A stretch of DNA of 64,000 nucleotides from a virus (taxonomy: Duplodnaviria; Caudoviricetes). Below, piece after piece: positions 38,711 to 49,186 of the stretch. The notes beneath the pieces are model-generated. The model was not told the origin of the DNA. It did no database searches and saw only the letters and a program-made list of their open reading frames with translations. The stretch lies in the IMG/VR virus record IMGVR_UViG_3300035501_000169, positions 1 to 64,000 of that record, one strand, 5' to 3'. The position numbers and the translations under genes are program-made. Positions within the stretch are counted from its first letter, which is position 1. Every line of letters begins with the position of its first letter.

Positions 38711-39631
38711 ATGTCAAACGAAAATGTAAATCCTACAGCGGGTAGTGCACAAACTGCTGTAAAGAAAACCCGCCGTGGTGTTAGTAATCAAACTAAAGCT
38801 GTATCTCAACTTAAATTTCATGAGAAAGATGCAGCACAAAATGGTTTGTTTGTAGGTCATCTTGACAGTGTTTCTGTTGATTGGTCTGTTAATGCAGAAG
38901 GTAAGCAATTTACAGGTATGAAAGTTCCTCGTCTTACTTTGCATTTTGCAAGTAATCATACAGTTGCTACTGAACAACGTCACGTTTATCAAACTCTTAA
39001 CCCTGTGGAAAGTAATGTTAATACTATTCCTGGTGGTACTGAGGAATGGAAAGTTAATAATGTGTTTAATTGGATTAAGCATATTCTTGACATCTTCTAT
39101 CTTAAAGGTCGCGAAATGACTGCTGAAGAAGAAGATGCTCTTTCTCTTCCTTTTGCTGATTTTGACGATGATAACAACTATGTTGCTGTAGATGTAGAAG
39201 ATGTTGTAGCAGGTTACGCTCATATCTTTGAAAATGCAGCTGCTATGCTTAATGGTTCTTATGGTCTTGCAGAAGGCGAAGTAGCTAAACCTACTTATAA
39301 GAACGCTGATGGTAAGTTTATTCCTTGTTGGATTAAACTTCTTCGTCATAAGAAAGTAAAGAATGAGTGGCGTAATGTTAATAATAATGGCGATTTGGGT
39401 TTTGATAGCTTTATTGGCAATGGAGTGGTTGAACTTATTAAAGGTAATAATCCTCCTACTGTTCTTCGTATTGATTTTGCTAAAGAATCTATCACACCGA
39501 AAGAAACTAAGAAAACTCCTACTATTGGTGCTCCTGGTATGGGCGGTGTAATGCCTAGTGCTCCTATGGATATGGGTCTTGGAAATGGTAATGCAGCTTT
39601 TGCTGATGCCGCTGGTGAGATGCCATTTTAA
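38711..39631 (+). CDS. ssb: Putative single-stranded DNA-binding protein
   Basis: 306 aa; flexible Gly/Pro tail ending GEMPF; lies between recT-like and primase. Confidence 0.65.
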   Translation: MSNENVNPTAGSAQTAVKKTRRGVSNQTKAVSQLKFHEKDAAQNGLFVGHLDSVSVDWSVNAEGKQFTGMKVPRLTLHFASNHTVATEQRHVYQTLNPVESNVNTIPGGTEEWKVNNVFNWIKHILDIFYLKGREMTAEEEDALSLPFADFDDDNNYVAVDVEDVVAGYAHIFENAAAMLNGSYGLAEGEVAKPTYKNADGKFIPCWIKLLRHKKVKNEWRNVNNNGDLGFDSFIGNGVVELIKGNNPPTVLRIDFAKESITPKETKKTPTIGAPGMGGVMPSAPMDMGLGNGNAAFADAAGEMPF

Positions 39632-39670
39632 GTAGGACTTTAACTTTTTCTTAAAACGGTTTACATTCAT

Positions 39671-39711
39671 AGAGGTGGTGGTGTCAGAAATGATGCTACT
39701 ACCTCTTTTTT
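39671..39711 (+). terminator. Intrinsic terminator
   Basis: AGAGGTGGTGGTGTCA-GAAA-TGATGCTACTACCTCT followed by a T run. Confidence 0.8.
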
Positions 39712-39721
39712 ACTTTGGCTG

Positions 39722-40939
39722 ATGATACGAAACATAAATACTACTAATCTTACTAAGAATTATATTGAAAGTAAAATCTCTCAAGAACTAATTGTTAGTA
39801 AATATTTAGATATTCCATTAGATGTTGTTAAAGATTGTATAGAACATAATAATCTTATTCAATCTGTCTTTCGAGATAACGATACTAATGGAAGTATGGG
39901 TATTCAATATAATCAAAGAGGTCGACTTAAAGTTCGCGATTTTGGTGGCTTTGGCTTTTTTGGTGATATTTATGATGTAGTATCTTATGTTCTTTCTATC
40001 GCTTATGGTCGCAAGATTGAACCTAATAGCAAGCAAGACTTTTATTTTATATTAAAGCATATAGCAAATACTTTTAAAGATTTAATAGAAAATAAAGAAG
40101 TAGATGAAAATGTTACAGATATGATAAAAGGTGCTATTGCTGTAGGTAAACAAAGACGCCCTATTATTGAAATTGTTCCTCGTAGTTGGAATAAAAAAGA
40201 TAAAGAGTATTGGAATAGTCTCGGTGTTAGTCTTGGTTATCTTAATACTCACTTTGTAATTCCAGTTGAGCAATATTATGTTGATAGAGGTGTTCATAGT
40301 GACCCTAAATACTATTATAAGGAAAAAGACCCTTGTTATGCTTATATGCTTGGTCAAAATCTTAAAGGAATATCTTTTATTAAGCTTTATTTTCCTAAAA
40401 GAAATCGTGCTACAGAACTTAAGTTTATAACTAATTGTAATGTTCTTGAAGGTTTACTTAATCTTGAACTTAATAATTATGATTATATACTTATTACTAA
40501 AAGTAGTAAAGATAGATTGAGCATAGGTAGTCATCTAAGTTCACAACCTTTCTACGGGGGAGGGCAATCCCAACTTAAAATTGGGGTAGTTAATCTTCCT
40601 AGTGAAAATTATAAACTCAAGGAAAAAGAATATAATTGGCTTAGTAATAAACTTGCAGCTAATGGTAAGATACTTAGTTTGCTTGACTTTGATTATACTG
40701 GTAGATTAGGTGCTAAGTATCTATATGATACTTATGACATTCCTTATCTATTTATTACTCGTGGAGAATTAGGTCTTCCTAATTATGGTTGTAAGGACTT
40801 TGCTGAACTACATAATAAATATACTGTAAAAGAAATAAACCAATTTATCAAAGAAACCATTGATTATGTTGAAATTAGATTCCGAAAAGATGTTCCAGAT
40901 ACCTTTGCCGATTACTCCGGATTACCATATTTTGACTAA
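39722..40939 (+). CDS. dnaG: DNA primase (crAss DnaG-type)
   Basis: SVFRD...RDFG...GDIYD, ITKSSKD, SEN, TOPRIM DFDYTG, KDFAE. Confidence 0.8.
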   Translation: MIRNINTTNLTKNYIESKISQELIVSKYLDIPLDVVKDCIEHNNLIQSVFRDNDTNGSMGIQYNQRGRLKVRDFGGFGFFGDIYDVVSYVLSIAYGRKIEPNSKQDFYFILKHIANTFKDLIENKEVDENVTDMIKGAIAVGKQRRPIIEIVPRSWNKKDKEYWNSLGVSLGYLNTHFVIPVEQYYVDRGVHSDPKYYYKEKDPCYAYMLGQNLKGISFIKLYFPKRNRATELKFITNCNVLEGLLNLELNNYDYILITKSSKDRLSIGSHLSSQPFYGGGQSQLKIGVVNLPSENYKLKEKEYNWLSNKLAANGKILSLLDFDYTGRLGAKYLYDTYDIPYLFITRGELGLPNYGCKDFAELHNKYTVKEINQFIKETIDYVEIRFRKDVPDTFADYSGLPYFD

Positions 40940-40973
40940 TATCAGAACAAATGCTGCTATTAGACAAATAATT

Positions 40974-41330
40974 ATGACGTATATTACGGAAGAAGAAGAG
41001 GCTGCTATAGATAGAGGAGAAGTTGTTACGTTAAATCGTGGTAACCATACTTATTCTATTAGGCAGAATTGTATTTATTGTTATGGAGAAGTTGATTTTA
41101 AATCCGATAAAGATTTAGGTCAAATTAATAACTTTAATTTTCTTAATCATTTAGGATTTAGTGGTGTTCATATTTATTCTAATTATGATTACGATAAACA
41201 TATTTGTTATTCTCCTAAACGTTATTTACTTTGGACTGAAACATGGAGTCCAGCTCAACTTGCTAAAATGGCTCACGGTTATCTTGGAAAACCTAAGCGT
41301 ATTGTACTTTTTAATTTTACTATAAGATGA
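40974..41330 (+). CDS. Hypothetical protein
   Basis: Start moved to ATG 40974 (MTYITEEEE); overlaps the ligase start. Confidence 0.7.
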   Translation: MTYITEEEEAAIDRGEVVTLNRGNHTYSIRQNCIYCYGEVDFKSDKDLGQINNFNFLNHLGFSGVHIYSNYDYDKHICYSPKRYLLWTETWSPAQLAKMAHGYLGKPKRIVLFNFTIR

Positions 41331-42529
41331 TTCTTTACAAAAGAAATGCTCAAGGAAAACCTATATTTTGGCAAATACAAGATTTAGGTGGTGCTATAGG
41401 TGTAAAATATGGTCTTGTTGGAAAAGAAGGTCATGTTGAAACTTATAAGACTCATAGAAATGTTGAAGATGAAATAAAATCTGCAATTAAAGCTAAGCGA
41501 GATGAAGGATATAAAGCTCTTCAAGATTTATATGACAATGCTCCCGAAGATATAGATAAGGAACATCTTTTTCTATATCTTGACAGTTATCTTCCAAAAT
41601 TTAACACACATAGTGATGGTGCTTTTATTCCTATGTTGTGTAAGACACTTGAAGATAATAAGCCTTTTGAAAAAGGTAATTATTTTGGTCAATGGAAGAT
41701 TAATGGTGAAAGGTGTATTATTACTGCAAGTATAACTAGCGGTTTATTTAGTGAAATCAAACTTCATTATCGTAGTCGTAAAGGTATTGATTGGACTAAT
41801 AAACTTAGTTATCTGGATGGATATATAATACCTTGTATTCCTGATGATTTGCTTGATATGATGATTGAAGAAGGTGTAGGTCTTGATGGAGAACTTTATC
41901 TTCCTGGTTATTGTATTAATGAAATCAACTCTTTTATTAAGAATACTGAACTTCTACAACATTATAAACTCCAATTTTGGTGTTATGATTTGTGCATTGA
42001 CAGTATGTCTGCTGCTGCTAGACAAGTTCAACTTGAAACTTGTTTTAGTAAATTTATCCCCGATATTAAGAGTAAAGAAGACCATTTGAATAATGAAAAT
42101 ATATTTGTAATGTTACCTAATGTAGATGTTATGGATATAAATAAAGCTATTCTTTATAGAGATAATTTTATTAATTTAGGATTTGAAGGTCTTGTTATTC
42201 GAGAAGAAGGAGCTGACTATCAATTTGGAGGTAGGCGTAATAATAGTATGCTTAAATTCAAAAAGAAAGAAGATGGTAAGTTTCTTATTATTGATATTAT
42301 TCCAGAAGGAATTAAACGTAGTAATCTACCTAAATTTGTTCTTCGTAATGATATTAATGATGAACTATTTGAATGTACTCTTAATGCTCCTCATGCTGTT
42401 CAAGAACAGATATTTGTTGATAAAGACAAATACATTAATGAATATATGTTAGTTGAATATAGAGAAAGAAGTGGTGTTAATCAAGTTCCTTTTCATGCTA
42501 AGGGTATAAAAATTCTTAATAATGGATAA
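41327..42529 (+). CDS. lig: ATP-dependent DNA ligase
   Basis: KINGER, LDGELY, FEGLVIR, LKFK motifs. Confidence 0.9.
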   Translation: MILYKRNAQGKPIFWQIQDLGGAIGVKYGLVGKEGHVETYKTHRNVEDEIKSAIKAKRDEGYKALQDLYDNAPEDIDKEHLFLYLDSYLPKFNTHSDGAFIPMLCKTLEDNKPFEKGNYFGQWKINGERCIITASITSGLFSEIKLHYRSRKGIDWTNKLSYLDGYIIPCIPDDLLDMMIEEGVGLDGELYLPGYCINEINSFIKNTELLQHYKLQFWCYDLCIDSMSAAARQVQLETCFSKFIPDIKSKEDHLNNENIFVMLPNVDVMDINKAILYRDNFINLGFEGLVIREEGADYQFGGRRNNSMLKFKKKEDGKFLIIDIIPEGIKRSNLPKFVLRNDINDELFECTLNAPHAVQEQIFVDKDKYINEYMLVEYRERSGVNQVPFHAKGIKILNNG

Positions 42530-42692
42530 TTATTTAAGATGTGACATAGCTATAGGTAAAGATGATACTTGGTATCTTATTCCAACTATACGTGTTGATA
42601 AAAGTAAACTATATCTAGAAATACAATTTTATATATTTTGTTTCTATTTATATTCCGCATTTTGTATTAAAAATTATAATGATGAATCTTAA
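42522..42692 (+). CDS. Small hypothetical protein (56 aa)
   Basis: MDNYLRCD...WYLIPTIRV; overlaps both neighbours. Confidence 0.55.
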   Translation: MDNYLRCDIAIGKDDTWYLIPTIRVDKSKLYLEIQFYIFCFYLYSAFCIKNYNDES

Positions 42693-43038
42693 CGCATACG
42701 ATAATGTTAAAGAAGAAATAGACAAAACTAAAACTTGGATTAATATTAAAAAAAAAGTTCTACTTAGTAGAGAAATTAATATTAAACCCTATAATTGTTT
42801 AATCAAAAGATATAATCCCGATTCAGCTTCTACATCTTATTTTATCGCAATGCTAAACAATCCTCCTGCAGATAGAAAGTGTAAATCCACTACTATTGAT
42901 GATTATGGTAGACTTAAAGTTAGTCTTGCTAGTATTTGGAAAGATACTTATTTGGCTCAGCTTGAAAGTGATTGTAATATTGTGGTAAATTTGGCAGAAA
43001 GTGACGATGATGGTGATATTTATCTTTTGGATGTTTAA
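42679..43038 (+). CDS. Hypothetical protein
   Basis: 119 aa; followed by a hairpin at 43042-43083. Confidence 0.75.
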   Translation: MMNLNAYDNVKEEIDKTKTWINIKKKVLLSREINIKPYNCLIKRYNPDSASTSYFIAMLNNPPADRKCKSTTIDDYGRLKVSLASIWKDTYLAQLESDCNIVVNLAESDDDGDIYLLDV

Positions 43039-43105
43039 TCTAATGTAGTTCCTTATGATATAATTTGTCTTAGGAACTACATTTCTTTAGCTCCCCGTAG
43101 AAGAT

Positions 43106-43561
43106 ATGAAACAAATAACTCAAATTAGTCCAGAGAGGGCTAAACAATTAGAAGAACTTGAACAATTTGAAAATGCTGCTATTACTATTGCAGTTATTTC
43201 TAAAGATTTAATTGATAAAATCTTTGCTAAGCATAAAGAACTTAAAGTCGGCTTTGCTGACACTAATGAACGTATAGCTTGGCAAAAGGTTAGAGATGGT
43301 GCTGCTAGTCTTGACCATGTAGCTTTTAATAGTCCTAATTGTGACTATAAAAGATTCAAGAAAAGTGTTTTAATGGTGAAATTTCTAATGCTTGAACTTA
43401 TTGCTCGTTGTGATGACAATAATATGAGAGTTTGGCAATTTCATAATCTACTTAAAACATTTAAACTTGTTTATCCTGCTGTTGCTCCTACAGTTGAAGA
43501 TGAGCAGCAATCGTTTGCCGATTTGTTTGGCAAGGCAGATAATTCAGCGGAAAACGGCTAA
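43106..43561 (+). CDS. Hypothetical protein
   Basis: 151-aa ORF. Confidence 0.75.
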   Translation: MKQITQISPERAKQLEELEQFENAAITIAVISKDLIDKIFAKHKELKVGFADTNERIAWQKVRDGAASLDHVAFNSPNCDYKRFKKSVLMVKFLMLELIARCDDNNMRVWQFHNLLKTFKLVYPAVAPTVEDEQQSFADLFGKADNSAENG

Positions 43562-43642
43562 TTTGCTATCTCTCGTTCCTTGTATTGGCTTTTGTATGCT
43601 TATTTGATGAGTTGTTCATTTAGCCGATAAACTCTCTGAAAT
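43556..43642 (+). repeat. Degenerate 87-88 bp intergenic element, copy C
   Basis: GGCTAATTT...CCTTGTATTGGCTTTTGTATGC...TTGATGAGTTGTT...TAAA...CTGAAAT. Confidence 0.7.
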
Positions 43643-43722
43643 AGCTTCAAAATATTTTATATAATATTTGGTGCTATTAATATAATTAACTATATTTACA
43701 AAACAATTCAAACTTAACACTT

Positions 43723-45198
43723 ATGGAAAGTGCTGAACTTAGTAAAGAAAAACGTGTTAGACATTGTTATCCGAGAAAGGAAGTTTATCACAGATGGATA
43801 CATTCTCCTATGTATGTTTATCATTCGAGAAATCATGCTATTAGTGGTAAATATAATTTTCTTGTAGTTGGTGATATTGGTCGAAATAATGATTTTGACA
43901 ATATCGCAAGTTCTTGGTATTTGCTATCAAGAACTGTTGCTATCATTGATAGAGAAAGAAAAAGAATTATTATTAATAATTCTTTTAGAGAGCACGCTTG
44001 GTGTGTTAAAAATGCTCTACCTGATGATTATGAAAAGTTTTATACAGATGAAGATATTCCTAGTATGGATATTCTTAATGATGATAATCTTTTGTATAAA
44101 ACTCATGCTACGTATCTTGTAAAGCAATTTACAGATTATTATCTTAAACCACAGTATCATGCTCTTTATGGTCATATTAAAAAAGTATATAGTAGTGTTA
44201 GTAAAATATTTACTACTTATGTTAGACAATATAAAGACATTGAAGATTTTGTAAAGAAGTATAAAATCAAGAAATATGCTTGGTATAAAGAATCTCTTGT
44301 TAAAAACTACGATATTAGATATGTTGCTAGAGATTACAGTATTACTAAGCATAATATTGATTTACCTTCTTTAATGAAGATTATAAATCGTACTGTGTTT
44401 ACTCCTAAAGAACGTGAAATTCTTAAATTTAAGTATTTTTATAGTATGTATTGTTATGGATATGGTATTCCATATAATGATATTATTAAGAATTACTATA
44501 AAGAATTTACTTCTGAAGAAGCTTCTAAGTATTTTAATAAACGTTGTATTTATTTTAATCCTGATTGGATTAAAGAATATCCTATTAGCTTTGTTGAATT
44601 AGTACAAACTGTTCATAAAGCTAATAATAATAGACACTTAGCTTATATAAATGAGTGTAAGGAAAAGTCTAAAAAGAATTACGAAGAAGCTCTTGCTAAA
44701 TTGAAAGAACTTGATAAAGAAGAGTATTCTGTTAACGATTGGCGAGAAGGTAAAATTAAGCGTGCTCGATATGTTGAATATGAAGAATATTTCAATTATG
44801 GAAGAGAAAAAGGTTGGAGAACTGTTAAATTAAGTAGTTCTCGAATTAATGGATTTCAGAATATTCAACTTAAACTTAAGAATGGTATAATTACTACTTC
44901 TAATCATGCTACAGTTTTATTAGATGATGCTATTAAATTATATAGATTCTTTGAAGTTTGTATTAATAAAGAACCTGACAATATTAAGTTTGATTTTAAT
45001 GGTAAAAATATCAAAGTTGGTATTTATACTCTTCGACACTTCATATACAAAGGAAAGACTACCAATGCTGGTGATAATCTTGGATATAAAGAATGGGTTA
45101 TTCAAATAGGTTGTCATAGTATTTGGTTTGATGATTTTCTTGATTTTGTTAAGTATTATAAACTTGAAAATGAGTTTAACATTAAAAACATTGGATAA
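43723..45198 (+). CDS. Hypothetical protein (491 aa, Tyr/Lys-rich)
   Basis: Long ORF with C-terminal ITTS..ATV...GCH; promoter-like TTTG-20-TATATTTA at 43667-43698. Confidence 0.8.
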   Translation: MESAELSKEKRVRHCYPRKEVYHRWIHSPMYVYHSRNHAISGKYNFLVVGDIGRNNDFDNIASSWYLLSRTVAIIDRERKRIIINNSFREHAWCVKNALPDDYEKFYTDEDIPSMDILNDDNLLYKTHATYLVKQFTDYYLKPQYHALYGHIKKVYSSVSKIFTTYVRQYKDIEDFVKKYKIKKYAWYKESLVKNYDIRYVARDYSITKHNIDLPSLMKIINRTVFTPKEREILKFKYFYSMYCYGYGIPYNDIIKNYYKEFTSEEASKYFNKRCIYFNPDWIKEYPISFVELVQTVHKANNNRHLAYINECKEKSKKNYEEALAKLKELDKEEYSVNDWREGKIKRARYVEYEEYFNYGREKGWRTVKLSSSRINGFQNIQLKLKNGIITTSNHATVLLDDAIKLYRFFEVCINKEPDNIKFDFNGKNIKVGIYTLRHFIYKGKTTNAGDNLGYKEWVIQIGCHSIWFDDFLDFVKYYKLENEFNIKNIG

Positions 45199-45210
45199 AA
45201 TAGTAAAACT

Positions 45211-45531
45211 ATGAAAGAAATTAGCGATGAACTTTATTCTAGATTATTGTATCTAGGAATAGTTAATGACGAAACTGACGATACTCGTAATCACAATGTA
45301 GGTTATAGTGATTATTCTCAACATTTAGTTCAACCTTGGACTATATGGTTGGAATATGGTCTTAGTCCTTGGGATGCTGACATTATCAAAAGAGTTCTAA
45401 GAACTAAAGATGATACTCCTAGAACTGAGGATTATGAAAAAATCATTCATATTTGTCAAGAACGTCTTAGACAAGTAAAGTATCAAAATAAAGTTGATGT
45501 TACTGACATTGACTTTGAAAATGTTGATTAA
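45211..45531 (+). CDS. DUF3310-like protein
   Basis: HNVGYSDYSQHLVQPW...IIKRVLR...DYEKIIH. Confidence 0.65.
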   Translation: MKEISDELYSRLLYLGIVNDETDDTRNHNVGYSDYSQHLVQPWTIWLEYGLSPWDADIIKRVLRTKDDTPRTEDYEKIIHICQERLRQVKYQNKVDVTDIDFENVD

Positions 45532-45534
45532 GAT

Positions 45535-46365
45535 ATGCAAATATTAGAACCTAAAGTTGAAGCTTGGCTTCCATTGTGTGGTATGGAAGAACATATAGCT
45601 CGTTGTGCTAGAGTTTGTTATGCCTCTAATAAAATAGGTGATAACTTTCTATTTGCTATGGCTCTTTGGAAAAATAATCATCGTAGTATGTTTAGACACG
45701 CTGGTGTTTATTATATTATTCCAAAGAAACTAGAAATAGACCCCAAAGCTTATATAGATGCAGATGTTCATTTGCATGGTTTTAATTATTACGTTTCTAC
45801 TAATGCTCAAGCTGCTAAAGAGTATTGGGATGAAAAATATCGTAAATATCGTATTGATACAAACTCTGCTTTTATTGATAATAGTTATTTTAGAAAAGAT
45901 AAAACTCTAAGAATAACTATGTGTATTACTACAGGTATTGATATAACTCGTGAATTTAATCGTAAATCTCCTAATGCTATTGCTGAACAAAGTACCCGTT
46001 ATGTTGATTTTATCAAGAAAATTGGTATTCGTTTTAAACAATGTCATTGGATGTATGGACTTAGTATTTATAAATATTGTCTTACTAGATTTATGGCTAA
46101 AACTGCTGAGTTATTCTATAGAATATCTCGTAGTAAATATGGACTTAATCTTCCTCCAGAAGATGCACGTTGGATTCTTCCTCTTGATACAATGAGTAAA
46201 GTAGTTTATACTTATACTATTGCTGAATGGGAAAGAATTATTAATATGCGTCTTTGGGACTCTACTGGTAAAGCTCATCCTGATGCTAAAGCTGTTGCTA
46301 CAAAGATTAAAGATGAGCTTGAAAGAATAGGTTTCACAATTGAAAAATATAATAGTAAAACTTAA
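45535..46365 (+). CDS. thyX: Flavin-dependent thymidylate synthase
   Basis: ARVCY, HRSMFRH, EQSTRY, PEDARWILP, AHPD. Confidence 0.9.
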   Translation: MQILEPKVEAWLPLCGMEEHIARCARVCYASNKIGDNFLFAMALWKNNHRSMFRHAGVYYIIPKKLEIDPKAYIDADVHLHGFNYYVSTNAQAAKEYWDEKYRKYRIDTNSAFIDNSYFRKDKTLRITMCITTGIDITREFNRKSPNAIAEQSTRYVDFIKKIGIRFKQCHWMYGLSIYKYCLTRFMAKTAELFYRISRSKYGLNLPPEDARWILPLDTMSKVVYTYTIAEWERIINMRLWDSTGKAHPDAKAVATKIKDELERIGFTIEKYNSKT

Positions 46366-46370
46366 ATCAA

Positions 46371-46550
46371 ATGAAACAAAATCTTTATTGTAGATTTGGT
46401 AATATTCATAAATATGAAGTCTACAAAGAAATAGAGGTTAAAGACCCTAAAGGAAATGTGATTGGTATTAACATAGTTTCTAGGTGTACAAACTGTGGTA
46501 AGATAACTAATAAAGTTGTTTATACTGAAGAGCCTTATGGAAAATACTAA
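46371..46550 (+). CDS. Small Cys/His protein (59 aa)
   Basis: MKQNLYCRFGNIHKY...RCTNCGK. Confidence 0.65.
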   Translation: MKQNLYCRFGNIHKYEVYKEIEVKDPKGNVIGINIVSRCTNCGKITNKVVYTEEPYGKY

Positions 46551-46737
46551 TCAAGGTTATCTTTATCTGTTCGATTTTACATATCCGGCTATATATGAAA
46601 TCGAACTATCTTATGAAGATGGAGATAAAGATATAGATGATATTCTCAAAGAGTATGGTCTTAGTACTGAAATTTGTGAATATATGTATAGCCAAAATAA
46701 ATTAAATATAGAACCAATTCAAAAAGAAGAAAAATGA
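46537..46737 (+). CDS. Hypothetical protein
   Basis: MENTNQGY...; overlaps its neighbours. Confidence 0.65.
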   Translation: MENTNQGYLYLFDFTYPAIYEIELSYEDGDKDIDDILKEYGLSTEICEYMYSQNKLNIEPIQKEEK

Positions 46738-47027
46738 TTTGTTTAATAATTAGTATAACTATTGTTCTTTGTGCTTTAATTCTAGCTTTTGTTAAAGTAA
46801 TTAATATGTATTTCAAGTTTGTAAAAGATAGACAAGAAATTGACTCTCTCAATGACCTTGTTCTTATATCTTATTTACTTGAAAATATAGATACTAAGTA
46901 TCTTGTAGATGATGTTACTAAACAACTTGATAGAATTAAACATATTACTGATTTCTATCGTAGAATAGCAGATTATAACGATACTGATATTGAAGAAATA
47001 GTAAAAGAAGCTAAAGACAATGAGTAA
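46734..47027 (+). CDS. Membrane-anchored hypothetical protein
   Basis: N-terminal TM helix. Confidence 0.7.
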   Translation: MICLIISITIVLCALILAFVKVINMYFKFVKDRQEIDSLNDLVLISYLLENIDTKYLVDDVTKQLDRIKHITDFYRRIADYNDTDIEEIVKEAKDNE

Positions 47028-47781
47028 TATATATCAAATTTCACAAGAACTTCTCTCTATTTTTGATGAAATAGAAGAGAATGGTGGAGAACTTACTCCA
47101 GAACTTGAAAAAGCTTTAGAAGTCAATAGAGCTTCTTTTGCTAGTAAAGTTAAGGATTATACTAATGTCATCAAAATGATGCAAACTGATATTGCTGCAA
47201 TAAAAGACGAAAAAGCTCGTCTTAGTGACCTTCAAAAGTCTAAAGAAAAGACTATTGAACGTCTAAAGAAAGTCTTAATGCAAGCTATCGAACAGTTTGG
47301 TGATGATAGTAAAAATGGTAGTAAATTTGTTGATTTTGGCACTGGTAAAGTCTTTGTTAGAAATACTCAAGTAGTTGAGGTTGATGAAGATGCTACTAAT
47401 CGTTTTGTCAATAGATTTATGGCTGCTCTGTCTTGGTATAATATGGCTAATCAACTTGACCAAAGTATAGTTGATTATAACGAAATTCTCGATTATTGTA
47501 ATACTAAGACAGAAGATGAAGAAAATGATGATGTCGAAATTACTAAGTTTACAGAAGAAGATTTAGAGAAACTTACTGCTTCTATTAATGTAGAAGCTGA
47601 CATTCATAATTTACTTCGTTCGCCTCGTGGTTTTAATTTGCTTAAAGCTTTAGTTGAATATCATTCATTTAAAGTTGAATCTAAAGTAAATAAAACTGAT
47701 ATTAAACGTGAAGCAAAAGAAACTAATACTCTTCCTTCTTTTGCTAAATTTGCTACAAGTAAATCTGTTACTATTAAATAA
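47020..47781 (+). CDS. Siphovirus Gp157/Gam-like protein
   Basis: MSNIYQIS...GGELTPELE...AIKDEKARL...ERLK...VNKTDIK. Confidence 0.75.
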   Translation: MSNIYQISQELLSIFDEIEENGGELTPELEKALEVNRASFASKVKDYTNVIKMMQTDIAAIKDEKARLSDLQKSKEKTIERLKKVLMQAIEQFGDDSKNGSKFVDFGTGKVFVRNTQVVEVDEDATNRFVNRFMAALSWYNMANQLDQSIVDYNEILDYCNTKTEDEENDDVEITKFTEEDLEKLTASINVEADIHNLLRSPRGFNLLKALVEYHSFKVESKVNKTDIKREAKETNTLPSFAKFATSKSVTIK

Positions 47782-47782
47782 T

Positions 47783-47971
47783 ATGTTTGCAGAGTTAAAA
47801 CTTGACAAAGGTATCACTCTAGAAGACTTAAGAGAGTTTGTTAATAACAAGCTCTCTAGTCTTCCAGGTGATACTCCTGTTTGTGTCAGTAATACGTTTC
47901 TTGACATAGACCCACTAAAGTGTACACTTATATGTGCAGATGAAATTAGTGTTGTATTTTATAAAGATTAA
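47783..47971 (+). CDS. Small hypothetical protein
   Basis: MFAELKLDKGITLEDL...LPGDTPV. Confidence 0.6.
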   Translation: MFAELKLDKGITLEDLREFVNNKLSSLPGDTPVCVSNTFLDIDPLKCTLICADEISVVFYKD

Positions 47972-47977
47972 ATTATT

Positions 47978-49039
47978 ATGAGTCGTTATACAGTTAATGG
48001 TGCCCCTTGGGCAATTGGTAAAGATGTTTCTGATTGTAAAACTTCTTTTGAAGTTATGCAAAAAGCTGGTCTTGATTTCATTGTAGACAAATGTGACCTT
48101 ATGGCTCGTATGCCATTTGGTATTAAACGTAATAATGTCGTAAATGAAATTGCAGGTGAATTTTCTCGTGATGGTTATATCTATCGAGAATTAACAAATG
48201 CTTATGCTACATATCGTGCTGATACAAGTGAACCTCTTGGTCTTGTTAAAGCTAAATATGAAGTAGTTCAAAATCGTGATGCATTTAGATTCTTCGATGA
48301 TGCTATCGGAGATGGTATGGCACAATGGGATAAAGCAGGTATTCTTAATGGTGGTCGAAAGATTTATCTTAGTGCTAAGCTTCCTGTTGAAACTCGTGTA
48401 GGTCAAGATAAAATTGATAATTACCTTGTATTTAGTAATTCACATGACGGAACTAGTTCTGTTAATATTATGTTTACTCCTATTCGAGTTATTTGTACTA
48501 ATATGCTAAATTCGGCACTTAAATCTGCTGATAGTTATATTCGTATTCGTCATACTCAATCTGTAAGAGAGCAACTTCGTCATGGAGCTGAAATTCTTAA
48601 TATTGCTTGTAAACACGCTCAATCTGCTCAAGAGTTTTATGAAAGTCTTACTAAGATTAGAATGAGTGATGACCAAGTTATGGAATATCTTGCTAATCTT
48701 CAACTTAATGATAAAGAACGTGAAGCTCTTCTTGAGTTTGATAATAAAAACGGTTATAAGAAACTAATTCTTAAAGACTATCTTACAATGGAACGTACTG
48801 GTATTAGCCAACGTAAAGCTAATCAAATTGCTAGTACTTTTGAGTATTATCTTGATGGTATTGGTCAGAAACACATTGCAGGCACTGCTTGGGGTGCGTA
48901 TAATGCTGTAACTGGTTTCTATTGTAATGTAGCTAATCTTGAAGGCGAGAAACGAGTAGATTCACTTCTCTACGGGGGAGCTAATAGCAATATGATTAAA
49001 GCTATGAATCAAGTTATTGCTTATAGTGATGCTGCTTGA
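47978..49039 (+). CDS. DUF932 family protein
   Basis: LGLV..KYEVVQN, NSHDG, TPIRVICTN, IRHT, GTAWGAYNAVT. Confidence 0.85.
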   Translation: MSRYTVNGAPWAIGKDVSDCKTSFEVMQKAGLDFIVDKCDLMARMPFGIKRNNVVNEIAGEFSRDGYIYRELTNAYATYRADTSEPLGLVKAKYEVVQNRDAFRFFDDAIGDGMAQWDKAGILNGGRKIYLSAKLPVETRVGQDKIDNYLVFSNSHDGTSSVNIMFTPIRVICTNMLNSALKSADSYIRIRHTQSVREQLRHGAEILNIACKHAQSAQEFYESLTKIRMSDDQVMEYLANLQLNDKEREALLEFDNKNGYKKLILKDYLTMERTGISQRKANQIASTFEYYLDGIGQKHIAGTAWGAYNAVTGFYCNVANLEGEKRVDSLLYGGANSNMIKAMNQVIAYSDAA

Positions 49040-49106
49040 TGAGTTAAACTTAATTATCGCCCTCCCCCGTAGAAAGGTGAAATTTTAGTTATGTCACATT
49101 AAAATT

Positions 49107-49158
49107 AATCTCCACAAAGTTGTAATATTAAATTTAATTACTATCTTTGTGGAGATTA
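49107..49158 (+). promoter_or_regulatory. dut promoter within an inverted repeat
   Basis: TATCTTTG at 49142; arms AATCTCCACAAAG / CTTTGTGGAGATT. Confidence 0.6.
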
Positions 49159-49186
49159 TTGTTTAATCATTCTAATATTAGAAATA

